Assembly: GCA_902825875.1 (NCBI GenBank)
Contig: CADECP010000005.1
Coordinates: forward strand, 50,168 to 114,167
Source: an uncultured Acidobacteriota bacterium
GTDB lineage: Bacteria; Acidobacteriota; Blastocatellia; RBC074
DNA: 64,000 nt
Reading direction: 5' to 3'
Both the position numbers and the translations under genes were made by a program. The notes under the pieces are model-generated. The model had not been told where the DNA came from. It searched no databases and saw only the letters and a program-made list of their open reading frames with translations. Below, piece after piece: positions 9,373 through 18,905 of this stretch (positions within the stretch are counted from its first letter, which is position 1; the number at the start of each line of letters is the position of its first letter).

Positions 9373-10071
9373 TTAATCCTGTTTGACGGATCGTTCGACA
9401 TCTTCCAGCAAAGAAAAGCCGCCGCGTTTGATATGTTCGCCGATGGCGCGCGACACGCCTTCGGCGTCTTTCTGTTCCAGAGCGCGCAAAATGGCGCGAT
9501 GCTCTTTCTGCTCCTGTGCGATGCGCTCCAGCCAGGTTTCCGACCGATAATGAATGCCCGCCACCTGAATCGGCACGCGCAAGCGGTGATAGGTTTCTGC
9601 CAGTTTTCGATTGTCCGACAATTCCACGATCAGGCTGTGAAATTGAAAATTCAGTTCCAGGTGATGCGCGACCTCTGTGGACTTTTCCATTTCGGCAATC
9701 AGAGCACGCAATTTTTCGATGTCCGATTTTTTGACATGGGCTGCGGCCAGTTCACCGGCCAGCATTTCCAGCGCGCGACGCACTTCAAAAGTTTCAGCCA
9801 GTTCGCGCGGGTCCACGCGGCTGACAAATGTGCCGCGTTGCGCCTGAACATCCAACAAACCTTCCGTCGCCAATCGGCCAATGGCTTCCTTGACCGGCAT
9901 TTTCGACACCTTCAACCGCTCGACCAATTCGCCCAAATCCAGCCTGTCGCCCGGAGCAAACCTCCCTGTCAAAATTTCCGACCGCAAATAATCGTAAATC
10001 TGATCGCTCAGCGTGGCGCGATTGATAATGAAATCGTTTGCCGCACTCGTTGAAATCGCCGTTGAAGCCAT
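9373..10071 (-). CDS. GntR-family transcriptional regulator (FadR-like, FCD C-terminal domain)
   Basis: wHTH region (DQIYDYLRSEILTGRFAPGDRLDLGELVERLKVSKMPVKEAIGRLATEGLL) plus alpha-helical FCD-like C-terminus. Start chosen at MASTAIS, which has AAGGAGG about 8 nt upstream. Divergent from the cupin gene. Confidence 0.85.
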   Translation of the reverse strand: MASTAISTSAANDFIINRATLSDQIYDYLRSEILTGRFAPGDRLDLGELVERLKVSKMPVKEAIGRLATEGLLDVQAQRGTFVSRVDPRELAETFEVRRALEMLAGELAAAHVKKSDIEKLRALIAEMEKSTEVAHHLELNFQFHSLIVELSDNRKLAETYHRLRVPIQVAGIHYRSETWLERIAQEQKEHRAILRALEQKDAEGVSRAIGEHIKRGGFSLLEDVERSVKQD

Positions 10072-10129
10072 CGGTCGTTCCTCCTTAACCCTCTCAGTCC
10101 TCGATTCAAGTTTGAGATTATTTTCTAAA

Positions 10130-10161
10130 ATCACAGCAGCTAATATATTAGTCACTGTGAT
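10130..10161. promoter_or_regulatory. Palindrome ATCACAG-N18-CTGTGAT in AT-rich divergent promoter region (candidate GntR operator)
   Basis: Seen directly, about 60 nt upstream of the GntR start. FadR/GntR-type regulators commonly bind short GT...AC palindromes. Confidence 0.25.
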
Positions 10162-10453
10162 GCTAAGTTTCTAAGGAAAAATTGTCAACCGCCGCTTCTA
10201 CACTCAATGGCCAGCCATCGTAACTATTCAGTCCGCTCAGCCACGCAAACCGACTTTTGACACCCCGACAAACGACATGCTACAACGCCGCATCAACGCA
10301 CTGATTTCGCAGCATTTTCCGAATAATTATTGACGTTTGACCGTTTCGGCCCCATCCCGAAAGTAAAAAAACTGCGGTTGGAAATTAACCATCTGACGCT
10401 CGTTCCTTGTCGCTCTCCGAACGTCAACCAACACAAGAAAGGTGAGTACATTC

Positions 10454-10978
10454 ATGAAAGCAACCGGCGCTGCGCCTGCTCGTCAGCAGGAAGAGACAAA
10501 AATCGAACAACTGATTCGCACAGTTCACCTGACCGTTCAGCCAATGACGGCTGAAACTTTTTCACCTTACGGCGAAATCGTCACAGAGCGCGGAAGCATC
10601 AAGCTGGATTTTGACGGCGGGCAGGCCAGCGTAGCGGCTCAGACCGTCGAAGCGCGCCCGATGACGTTTGATTTCCTGGGTCGCCATTTGCGGTCGGAGC
10701 AATTTTTCGCGCCGTTGGGCGGGACGAAATCCGTGATTGCCGTCGCGGCTCCGTCCGAAAACGGAACCGCCATGCCGGATGTCAACAAACTGGCGGCGTT
10801 TTTGGTGGATGGTTCCTGCGCGTTCAAATTGCATCGCGGAACCTGGCACATCAGCGCGTTTCCATTGGCAGAAAACGCCACGTTTCTGGTGCTGGATCGA
10901 GAAAACACTTTGGAAGAAGATTACGATTTGCGCGATTTGAAAACTTCGCTCGGCGTCGTTGTCGAAATTCACAGATAA
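10454..10978 (+). CDS. Ureidoglycolate-lyase-family cupin protein (AllA-like)
   Basis: Recalled AllA-like alignment: ETFSPYGEIV / HLRSEQFFAPLGG / FKLHRGTWHISAFPL / TFLVLDR. ATG at 10454 preceded by AAAGGTGAG. Confidence 0.65.
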   Translation: MKATGAAPARQQEETKIEQLIRTVHLTVQPMTAETFSPYGEIVTERGSIKLDFDGGQASVAAQTVEARPMTFDFLGRHLRSEQFFAPLGGTKSVIAVAAPSENGTAMPDVNKLAAFLVDGSCAFKLHRGTWHISAFPLAENATFLVLDRENTLEEDYDLRDLKTSLGVVVEIHR

Positions 10979-10996
10979 CTCAAACCAAAACAAATC

Positions 10997-11434
10997 ATGA
11001 AGAACACCACGTTTATTGTCCGAAGTGCGCTGGTCGCGGCGCTTTTTTCAGTTGTTGCCGGAATGACGGCTTGCAGCAAAAGCAGTGTAGTTTCTGATTC
11101 GCCAGCGACGACGCAAGCCCCTGCTGCTCAACCGCAAACGGCGACACAATCGCAACCAGCGGCTCAATCGGCGGAACAGGCTCCCGCCGCTGAACAAGCT
11201 GGCGCAACGCAACCGCAACAACCGACGCCTTCGCCAACTCTGCATCCGATCATGAAACAGGCGCAATCCAAACCTGGCGTGCCGGTTTCAGTTCCCGATT
11301 CGATGCGTCGCCCGCTGAACGCCGAAGAAATGAAAAAAGCGATGGAAGCGATGCCGCCTGAAGTCCGCGCACGGCTTCAGGGAATGGCCGCCGCTCCGCA
11401 AGGCGCTAAACCGCAGGCAACGCCTAAACAATAA
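10997..11434 (+). CDS. Lipoprotein with Q/A/P-rich low-complexity region
   Basis: Signal plus lipobox-like AGMTAC, followed by ATTQAPAAQPQTATQSQPAAQ repeats. Confidence 0.55.
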   Translation: MKNTTFIVRSALVAALFSVVAGMTACSKSSVVSDSPATTQAPAAQPQTATQSQPAAQSAEQAPAAEQAGATQPQQPTPSPTLHPIMKQAQSKPGVPVSVPDSMRRPLNAEEMKKAMEAMPPEVRARLQGMAAAPQGAKPQATPKQ

Positions 11435-11441
11435 TTTCGTC

Positions 11442-11660
11442 ATGTCCAAGCCGTCTGAACAGGGAAAGTTCGCGCTGGCTTATTCGATGGGGTTGTCGTT
11501 TGCGTTCAACGTCATCGGCGGAATCGTCGTCGGAATTTTGGTGGATCGTTGGTTGACCACCACGCCCTGGGCGTTGCTGGCCGGAATCCTGCTGGGAGTT
11601 TTCAGCGGACTGGCCAGCATTTACCGCATCACCAACCGGCTGAACCGCACCGACGAATAA
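11442..11660 (+). CDS. AtpZ/AtpI-like small membrane protein (orphan, not next to an atp operon)
   Basis: 72 aa, two TM helices, pattern AYSMGLSFAFNVIGGIVVGILVDRWLTTTPW typical of the ATPase_gene1 family as recalled. Confidence 0.5.
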   Translation: MSKPSEQGKFALAYSMGLSFAFNVIGGIVVGILVDRWLTTTPWALLAGILLGVFSGLASIYRITNRLNRTDE

Positions 11661-11691
11661 CTGTCTGACGGACACAGCCCGGAACACAGTT

Positions 11692-14600
11692 ATGCACCGA
11701 ATCTCACTTGTCCTCTTCTTCGCTTTTCTCGCTTTCCCGCTCGCTTCGATCGTTACTGAATCTACTCAAGCGCAATCGGCTCAACCAATCAATGTCGTGA
11801 ACGGCTACCCGCAATTTCAACTTCACGGCCAGCCTTTTTTTGCCCACAGCACTGCGTTCTTTTACAACCGCATCCCGCGTGACGAATGGGCAAGCTCGCT
11901 GGTCAAGTTGAAAGAAATGGGCATCAACACGGTTGACCTTTACATCGCCTGGAATTGGCACGAACCCGAAGAAGGCAAGCTGGATTTTGACGGACGCTCG
12001 AATCCTCGCCGAGACGTGAAAGCTTTGATGCAGATGGCGACAGAAATGGGATTTGCCGTCATCGTTCGCCCCGGCCCGGTGATTCTGAACGAATGGAAAA
12101 ACGGCGGTTATCCCGATTGGTTGCTGGCTCGACCTGAATTCCAAATGAACGAAGTCGCTCGGCGAGACGGACATTACCCGCCGCTTTCGGGCGTCAGCGC
12201 CTCCAATTCCGAAGAAGCCAGCAAGCAGTGGATGGCCAACGAAACTCATATGCGATACACGCGGCGCTGGTTCGCCGATGTCATGCGCGAAGTTCTGAAA
12301 GGCAAACAAGCAACCGAAGGCGGCAACGTCATAGCCATTCAGCTTGACGACGATCAAGCCATCAACCGCGCAAATTACAACGGCCCTGTGTTTTGGAAAT
12401 ACATGAATTCGCTCGCCGCTTTCCTGCGTGAAGCCGGAGCGACCGTTCCCGTTTACATCAACCCAACAGACATGCGAGTTTCCGCCGCTGGCGCTCCGCA
12501 TCAAATCGGCGCAATGGGTCAGTGGTATTTCAATTTCGGAACCGATGCCGCGCTGCGTTGGGAAGACACTGCGACCTTGCAGTTTTACACCGAGACGCTG
12601 AAGACCCAGCCGCACTTCCCGCCTATGGTCATCGAGTATCAGGCCGGTTGGTACGGCAACGGCGAAGACAGTTACGCCAAAACCGCTGACCCGACAAACA
12701 CTTTGCTGTCTTCGCGCGTGATGATCGGACACGGGCTGCACGGGCTGAATTACTTCCCTGTTCAAGACACGCTGTACCCCGCTGGTTGGGAAGTTCCTTG
12801 GACGAATCATTACTACACTTGGGAATCGGCGTTGAACCTGGCGCGCGAAGAACGTCCGCGAGCCGCCGCCGTGCATCGCAACGGCAGATTGATTTCGGGA
12901 CTTGGCCACGAACTCGCCGCCGCGCACAAAGCCGCCGACCTGGGCTTGGTTTATCCCATAAGCTCCTTCGATCAACCTAAACTGACGCGCGAAGACATTT
13001 TGCGAATCTCCCGCGCGCAAATGCAGATTCAACAGTTCTGCCAACTCAATCAAATCTCAGTCGAATATCTCGATTTGGAATTTCAGCCGCTAGAATTGCT
13101 GAAACGCCACAAAGCGATTCTGCTGCCAACTTTCGACGACGAAGCCTTGAAGAAAACCGCAGCAACCGGTCGAGAGGAAATTACCGCCGCAAATGAGGAC
13201 AAGCGCGGAAACGCGGCGACGGGGAGACGCGGCGAGAGGAAGCTTGAGTTGTCAGTTGAAGCTCAGCGAAAGTTGGTTGAGTTTGTGAAGGGCGGCGGGC
13301 TGTTGGTTTGTACGCCTGCTTTGCCAACTGGCGAAGCGTTGAACGAATTGAAAACCGAGCCGTTGGCTTCGCGTGTGATCGTGGTTCCCGATTTCTGGCG
13401 AACGATTCCGACCGAGCCGGGCAAAACGAAACGCGAAGAATTGCTGGCCAGCGTGCAATCGGCGACTGTCGAATTCGTCAGCCGTTTGTCGCGGCTGGGC
13501 GTCAATCGCCGAGTCAAAGCTCGCGTGTTGAAAGCGGGCGAACGAACCATCGCGGCGGCTTCGGTTGGAGCCAGCGTTGAACCGGATTTGGTGGCGACTC
13601 AGTTGATTCCCGACGATGGCAAGCAGACTTTCGGCTTTGTCAGTCTGGCGAACTTCGACGACAAACACACTATGCGCGTCACGTTGAACGTAGCCGATCC
13701 GGCGTCAACTGGACGGCTGGAATTGCCAGAATTCAGTTTGCGAGCGCGCGATGCGTTGATGCTGCCGCTGCGATTGCCACTGGGTTCAAATGGCGAAGAA
13801 CTCGTTTATGCCACCGCTGAATTGTTAAGCCATGAAATATCGAACGGTAAAATCCAGCTACGATTTTATTCACCTGACAGGGCGGACATTGCACTGAAAC
13901 TGCCGCACAAACTTCAAGGTGGAGTAACGATTAATGGCCTCCCAGCAGTTTGGGCAACTGATGAAGCTGGCCACCTCACCATTAAGTTAGCCCCGCCGAT
14001 TCGACGAGCCAACGCCGACGACGAAGACGAATTGGCCGGACGCCGCCAGCACGAACTGGATGTTGAAGTTATCTACGAACGCGGATTGCCGGAACTGGCT
14101 GTCAAAACGGCGAAGCTCATCATCGGCGAAACGAATCAGGTGGCGGTTGAAATCTCGAATCGCACGGCTGCCGCAGCCGTGCGTGGAAAGCTGATACTCA
14201 GCGTTGATCGCCTGTTTCGCCACGAACAATTCACGCTGGACGTTGACCTGCCGCCGCAAGCAACTCGCGTCTTCAACTTCGCCGTGCCGCTCAGCAAACA
14301 AGCCGTCGCCGACGATCAAGTCACTCTACAAGCGACACTGACGACCAACACTCGGCAATTCAATTCGCCAACCGCGACCGCCGAAATCCTGCCGCGCTTT
14401 TCATGGCAAGTCTTTCCGAAAACGGCCATCCCGCTCAGAGCCGACACCGCGCTGACCATCAATCCGCCGCTGCTTTTGCCAACCGACGCTGGAGCGACTT
14501 CGGCGCAATTCAGTTTGCGCGTCGGCAACAACACCTCGCAGCCAATCACGCTGAAACGTGAATCGTTATTCCTGAACGCCTTGCCGCTGAAACTCGCCCC

Positions 14601-15513
14601 CGACGAAGAAATGCAGAGCACGTTCACCTTCAATTACGCGCCCGGCGAAAAGTCTGCGCTGAATCAATTCAACGTCACGCTCAGCGACGGCGCGTTGACC
14701 GAAACTGCGCGCGTTGTGCCGGTGACTTTGCGAAAAGGCGAAGCCATCGCTTTCGCTTACGACGTTGACCGCGACGGTTTTGACGATTACGTGATGGAAA
14801 ATGAATTTCTGCGATTGGTAATTTCGCCCAACGCCGGAGCGCGGGCTTTCACTTTGCTGAACAAACGCACAGGCCAAAATGTCTTCACCGGCATCGGCGG
14901 ATTGCGCGATAAATTCGTCGAACTCGATCCGGCTGATCCGACTCGAAATCCCAAACGAAAGCGCGGAGCTTACGGCACTTTCAACCGCGCTTATTCCGCC
15001 GAAGTCGTTTCGGGAATGGGCGCTCAATCGGTTCTGAAACTCAGCTACGACGCGCCGGACGTGTTCCCTTCAGGCGCTCACATCGAACGCACAATCACGC
15101 TGAAAGGCGGCGAAGAATTCTTCACGGTTGATTACCGAGTGACTCCGAAAGTGGCCAATAGCAAACAAGCGTTTTGGTCAGCTTCGTCCATTGCCGTTGG
15201 CGATCCGGCCAATCAGGCTCGGAAGTTTTCGGCTTCGGAAGGATCGTTCGATTTTGCGGCGAACAAAATTCGTGAAGTGAAAGGCGGCTGGCTGGCTGCG
15301 CCGATTGGCGGCCAAAACACTTTCGGAATTTTCTGGCGAGAAGCCGAAACCGAAACGGTGGAAGTCGAAATGAAAGACTTTTCTTCGCTGGTCAACCTGA
15401 AATTCAAACCATTCGCTTCAGCCACGGAGCATTCTTACCGGCTGGCCTTTTACTTCGGCGCGCTGCCTCCTGAGCGCCTGCAAGCAGAGCGAATGCGGCT
15501 GTTGGGGCAGTAG
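11692..15513 (+). CDS. Secreted multidomain glycoside hydrolase family 35 beta-galactosidase (1273 aa)
   Basis: Signal peptide. GH35 catalytic-domain motifs (NTVDLYIAWNWHEPEEGKLDFDG, VIVRPGPVILNEWKNGGYPDWL). Long C-terminal extension of unknown domains. Confidence 0.8.
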   Translation: MHRISLVLFFAFLAFPLASIVTESTQAQSAQPINVVNGYPQFQLHGQPFFAHSTAFFYNRIPRDEWASSLVKLKEMGINTVDLYIAWNWHEPEEGKLDFDGRSNPRRDVKALMQMATEMGFAVIVRPGPVILNEWKNGGYPDWLLARPEFQMNEVARRDGHYPPLSGVSASNSEEASKQWMANETHMRYTRRWFADVMREVLKGKQATEGGNVIAIQLDDDQAINRANYNGPVFWKYMNSLAAFLREAGATVPVYINPTDMRVSAAGAPHQIGAMGQWYFNFGTDAALRWEDTATLQFYTETLKTQPHFPPMVIEYQAGWYGNGEDSYAKTADPTNTLLSSRVMIGHGLHGLNYFPVQDTLYPAGWEVPWTNHYYTWESALNLAREERPRAAAVHRNGRLISGLGHELAAAHKAADLGLVYPISSFDQPKLTREDILRISRAQMQIQQFCQLNQISVEYLDLEFQPLELLKRHKAILLPTFDDEALKKTAATGREEITAANEDKRGNAATGRRGERKLELSVEAQRKLVEFVKGGGLLVCTPALPTGEALNELKTEPLASRVIVVPDFWRTIPTEPGKTKREELLASVQSATVEFVSRLSRLGVNRRVKARVLKAGERTIAAASVGASVEPDLVATQLIPDDGKQTFGFVSLANFDDKHTMRVTLNVADPASTGRLELPEFSLRARDALMLPLRLPLGSNGEELVYATAELLSHEISNGKIQLRFYSPDRADIALKLPHKLQGGVTINGLPAVWATDEAGHLTIKLAPPIRRANADDEDELAGRRQHELDVEVIYERGLPELAVKTAKLIIGETNQVAVEISNRTAAAAVRGKLILSVDRLFRHEQFTLDVDLPPQATRVFNFAVPLSKQAVADDQVTLQATLTTNTRQFNSPTATAEILPRFSWQVFPKTAIPLRADTALTINPPLLLPTDAGATSAQFSLRVGNNTSQPITLKRESLFLNALPLKLAPDEEMQSTFTFNYAPGEKSALNQFNVTLSDGALTETARVVPVTLRKGEAIAFAYDVDRDGFDDYVMENEFLRLVISPNAGARAFTLLNKRTGQNVFTGIGGLRDKFVELDPADPTRNPKRKRGAYGTFNRAYSAEVVSGMGAQSVLKLSYDAPDVFPSGAHIERTITLKGGEEFFTVDYRVTPKVANSKQAFWSASSIAVGDPANQARKFSASEGSFDFAANKIREVKGGWLAAPIGGQNTFGIFWREAETETVEVEMKDFSSLVNLKFKPFASATEHSYRLAFYFGALPPERLQAERMRLLGQ

Positions 15514-15577
15514 AAAAAGCCATGCCCATCGTGTAGCTTATTGCCCGTTCCCTGACAGAAAATAAAAGAGGTACTAA

Positions 15578-18133
15578 ATGAGAAGAAGGTGTTCGGAGTT
15601 TTCTTTGCTCAGTTCGTGGGATTTTTTTTTGCTTCGTGGCGCGATTGCTTCGCTGATAATTTGCCTGATTTCTGTTGCTGCGTTCGGCCAACAATCGCAA
15701 GTTCGCACACGGTTGCGAATCACAACTGTTGATGAAGCCGGTCAGCCTGTCGCAGGTGTCGCTGTTCAAATCAAACTGAAAAACGATGTTCTTTCTTCGA
15801 TCTTCACTGACGAAAAAGGCGAAGTCGTTGCCGCCAACTTTCCTCCGGGAACTTACGAAATCACAGTTTCAAAAGAGGGTTTTCAGCCACGCACTCAAAA
15901 CAAACTTGACCTCAACACAGGCCTGGAAGTTGCCATCAACTTCGTCATGGTTGCGCTGATTTCCATCAAAGACGAAGCCAACATTACGGCCAGCACTTCG
16001 GACAGTCCGCCGGAACAGACGACTTCGACTTCGATGGAACTGTCGCGCGTTACGCTGCGCGAACTGCCAATGCCGACCAATTCGGTCAAAGACGCTTTGC
16101 CGCTGCTGCCCGGCGTCGTTCGTTCGCAACAGGGCGAAATCAAAATCTCCGGCACGGGCGAAAATCGCAGCGCCTTTATAGTCAATTCCGCCGACGTGAC
16201 CGACCCGGCTACGGGACAGTTCGGAATGACTGTGCCGGTGGACAGCGTTCAATCCATCAACGTTTTCAAAACACCTTATCTGGCGCAGTACGGACGCTTC
16301 ACCGCCGGAGTCGTTTCGGTCGAAACTCGTCGCGGCGGCGACAAATGGCGGTTTGAGCTGAACGACCCTTTCCCGGAATTTCGCTTCTTGAATGGCCACT
16401 TGAGGGGTTTACGCGACGCCACTCCGCGCATTGTGTTCAACGGGCCGTTGGTCAAAAACCGGCTTTTCATTTCGCAAGGCACGGAATACACCATCAGCAA
16501 ACGCGCCGTGCAGACGCTGGAATATCCGAACAAAGAAATGATCAGCGAATCAGTCAATTCCTTTACGCAGCTTGATTACATCGCGTCGGGCACGCACACC
16601 CTGACAGGGACCTTTCATCTGGCTCCGCGCAAAGACAAATTTCACGGCCTGGATTTTTTCAACCGCCGAGAAGTCACTCCGAATTTCAGCGGCAAGGATT
16701 ACACAGGAACTCTGATTGACCGGCTGACGCTGGGAAGGAGTTTGCTGGAAAGCCTGGTGTCTGTGAAAAACTACAGCGCAAACGTCTGGGGGCAAGGCGT
16801 TCGGGAAATGACGCTGACCCCGACAGGCAATCGCGGGAATTATTTCAGCGAACAGGATCGTCAGGCGACGCGCGTGGAATGGACAGAAACCTTGTCGCTG
16901 CAACCGATCCGCAGTTCATCCATTGGCGGCACGCACAACCTGAAATTCGGCAGCGTCATTGCTCGCACCACCAATCGCGGCGAATTTGTCGCGCGTCCGG
17001 TGAACATCGTTGACAACGATAACAACCTGCTTCGCCGCATTGAATTTGTTGGCGGCACACCATTCGATTTGACCGATTTGGAAACGCACGGCTTCGCGCA
17101 GGATCACTGGAACATCACGCCGAAAATGGCGATGGACATAGGGTTGCGCGTCGAACGGCAACGCATTGCTGAAACGTTGCGCCTTGCTCCGCGAGTCGGC
17201 ATCGCCTGGACTCCGTTCGACAATCGCAAAACCGTGTTGCGCGCCGGAGCCGGATATTTTTACGACCGAGTGCCGCTGGGCGTTTACGCTTTCGACAAAT
17301 ATCCCGAACAGGTGTTGTCGTTTTACGGCGCGAACGGCGCAATCGTTGACGGCCCTCGCCGATTGGCCAACATCACCGACCGCGCCAAAAGCCGCAACAA
17401 CCCGTTCATCGTGGGCGACGGCGATGTCGGCAACTTTTCACCGTACAGCGCAACGTGGAATGTCGAACTGGAACACAGCTTCACGCGATTGCTGAAACTG
17501 CGCGTCAATTATCTGACCAGCAACTCAGACGGCGTGGTGGTTGTCGAACCAAAAGTTTTTCAGGGAAAAGACGCTCTGGTTTTGGGCGGCGGAGGCCAAT
17601 CGCGGTATCGCCAGTTTGAAATCACAGGCAAGTTGAATTGGAGCGAAGGCAAACAGAATCTGTTTTTGTCTTATGTTCACAGCAGCATTCGCGGCAACAT
17701 CAACGAATTCAACACCTACATCGGCAACTTCCCGTTTCCTGTGGTGCGACCGGATCAACTCGCCCGGCTGAGCGCGGATCTGCCACATCGCTTTTTGGGC
17801 TGGGGAACTTTCAACCTGCCGTGGAAAGTGCGGTACTCACCAATTGTCGAATTCCGCAACGGCTTTCCGTATTCGAAACTGAGCGCCAACCAGCAATTCA
17901 TCGGTGAAGCCAACAGTTTGCGAATGCCTAAGTTCTTTTCTCTGGACAGCCGCATTTCGCGCGACTTTCAGGTCAATCCGAAATACGCTTTTCGGTTTTC
18001 GCTGAGCGGATTCAACCTGACGAATCGCAACAATCCGCTGGACGTGCATCGCAATGTCGCCGATCCGCAATTCGGCAGGTTCTTCGGCAACTTCCCCAGA
18101 TTTTTCCGTCTGGATTTCGACGTCATCTTCTAG
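15578..18133 (+). CDS. TonB-dependent-receptor-like outer-membrane protein (CarbopepD_reg-like N-domain, plug, barrel; C-terminal F)
   Basis: 851 aa, 'TTVDEAGQPVAGVAVQIKL', plug-like region, ends ...LDFDVIF. AAAGAGG RBS upstream. T9 tract at 15622-15630 inside the N-terminal coding region. Confidence 0.7.
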   Translation: MRRRCSEFSLLSSWDFFLLRGAIASLIICLISVAAFGQQSQVRTRLRITTVDEAGQPVAGVAVQIKLKNDVLSSIFTDEKGEVVAANFPPGTYEITVSKEGFQPRTQNKLDLNTGLEVAINFVMVALISIKDEANITASTSDSPPEQTTSTSMELSRVTLRELPMPTNSVKDALPLLPGVVRSQQGEIKISGTGENRSAFIVNSADVTDPATGQFGMTVPVDSVQSINVFKTPYLAQYGRFTAGVVSVETRRGGDKWRFELNDPFPEFRFLNGHLRGLRDATPRIVFNGPLVKNRLFISQGTEYTISKRAVQTLEYPNKEMISESVNSFTQLDYIASGTHTLTGTFHLAPRKDKFHGLDFFNRREVTPNFSGKDYTGTLIDRLTLGRSLLESLVSVKNYSANVWGQGVREMTLTPTGNRGNYFSEQDRQATRVEWTETLSLQPIRSSSIGGTHNLKFGSVIARTTNRGEFVARPVNIVDNDNNLLRRIEFVGGTPFDLTDLETHGFAQDHWNITPKMAMDIGLRVERQRIAETLRLAPRVGIAWTPFDNRKTVLRAGAGYFYDRVPLGVYAFDKYPEQVLSFYGANGAIVDGPRRLANITDRAKSRNNPFIVGDGDVGNFSPYSATWNVELEHSFTRLLKLRVNYLTSNSDGVVVVEPKVFQGKDALVLGGGGQSRYRQFEITGKLNWSEGKQNLFLSYVHSSIRGNINEFNTYIGNFPFPVVRPDQLARLSADLPHRFLGWGTFNLPWKVRYSPIVEFRNGFPYSKLSANQQFIGEANSLRMPKFFSLDSRISRDFQVNPKYAFRFSLSGFNLTNRNNPLDVHRNVADPQFGRFFGNFPRFFRLDFDVIF

Positions 18134-18146
18134 CCAAAACTTTTTC

Positions 18147-18223
18147 ATCCACGAAGAAACACGAAGATGACACGAAGAAAACCAAAGTTTTTTCTTCGTG
18201 AAACTTCGTGTTCCTTCGTGGAT
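18147..18223. repeat. CACGAAG-decamer palindromic repeat forming nested hairpins between convergent genes (bidirectional terminator-like)
   Basis: atccacgaagaaacacgaagatgacacgaagaaaaccaaagttttttcttcgtgaaacttcgtgttccttcgtggat. Same family as 55018-55186. Confidence 0.6.
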
Positions 18224-18239
18224 AGAGATTTATGCTTTC

Positions 18240-18794
18240 CTACCTTCGCCGTCTGCTTCTTCCTTTCCCGCCCCCGCCAATGGATTTGACTGCCGACCAA
18301 GCAAGGTCAGCCGCCGTGTGAGACAACGCTCCCAGACACAATCCCAGAAATCCAGCCCACAAGTAGTTTTTGTCAGCTTGGTCGTAAAAAGAAAACATGT
18401 CGCTTTTGACCAGATTGAATTCCGCCGTCCAGGTGGTTTGCATTCCTCGCAAATAAGCGTGTCGCAAATACAACAACGTCGCCGCCACCACCGCGAACAT
18501 CAGCGCGAAATACATAATCCGCAACACAGTTCCCAAAACCGGCCCATGTGATAACGCCGAACGATGCGGCAAAGCGACTTGATACGGCTTCCAGATAAAT
18601 CGCAGCGGCCCCCAACGTTTGTACGGCCGGCTCATCAAATCCAGGTCAGGCCCGAACATCAACCCGGCGAACAACATCGCGGCTGTGGCGATGACGGACA
18701 TCAGGTGATCGCCGCCCCAATACATTTCCGCGCCCAGATACGTGAACGGAACCAACACATAAGTGATGATGTCGTGGGTGTCAGCATTTGGCAT
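18240..18794 (-). CDS. Membrane-bound metal-dependent hydrolase-like protein (DUF2227/YdjM-like)
   Basis: N-terminal MPNADTHDII, 4-5 TM helices, basic C-tail. Family assignment from memory, tentative. Confidence 0.5.
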   Translation of the reverse strand: MPNADTHDIITYVLVPFTYLGAEMYWGGDHLMSVIATAAMLFAGLMFGPDLDLMSRPYKRWGPLRFIWKPYQVALPHRSALSHGPVLGTVLRIMYFALMFAVVAATLLYLRHAYLRGMQTTWTAEFNLVKSDMFSFYDQADKNYLWAGFLGLCLGALSHTAADLAWSAVKSIGGGGKGRSRRRR

Positions 18795-18905
18795 AGACGC
18801 CTGCCTCCTTCTCTTTCATTGTTCTATCTATGAAACAGAAAGATACCGAAGCCGACAAGTTCAGGTCAAGCGGCGTAATTTCAGGATTCATTTCGGCGGG
18901 AAAGT

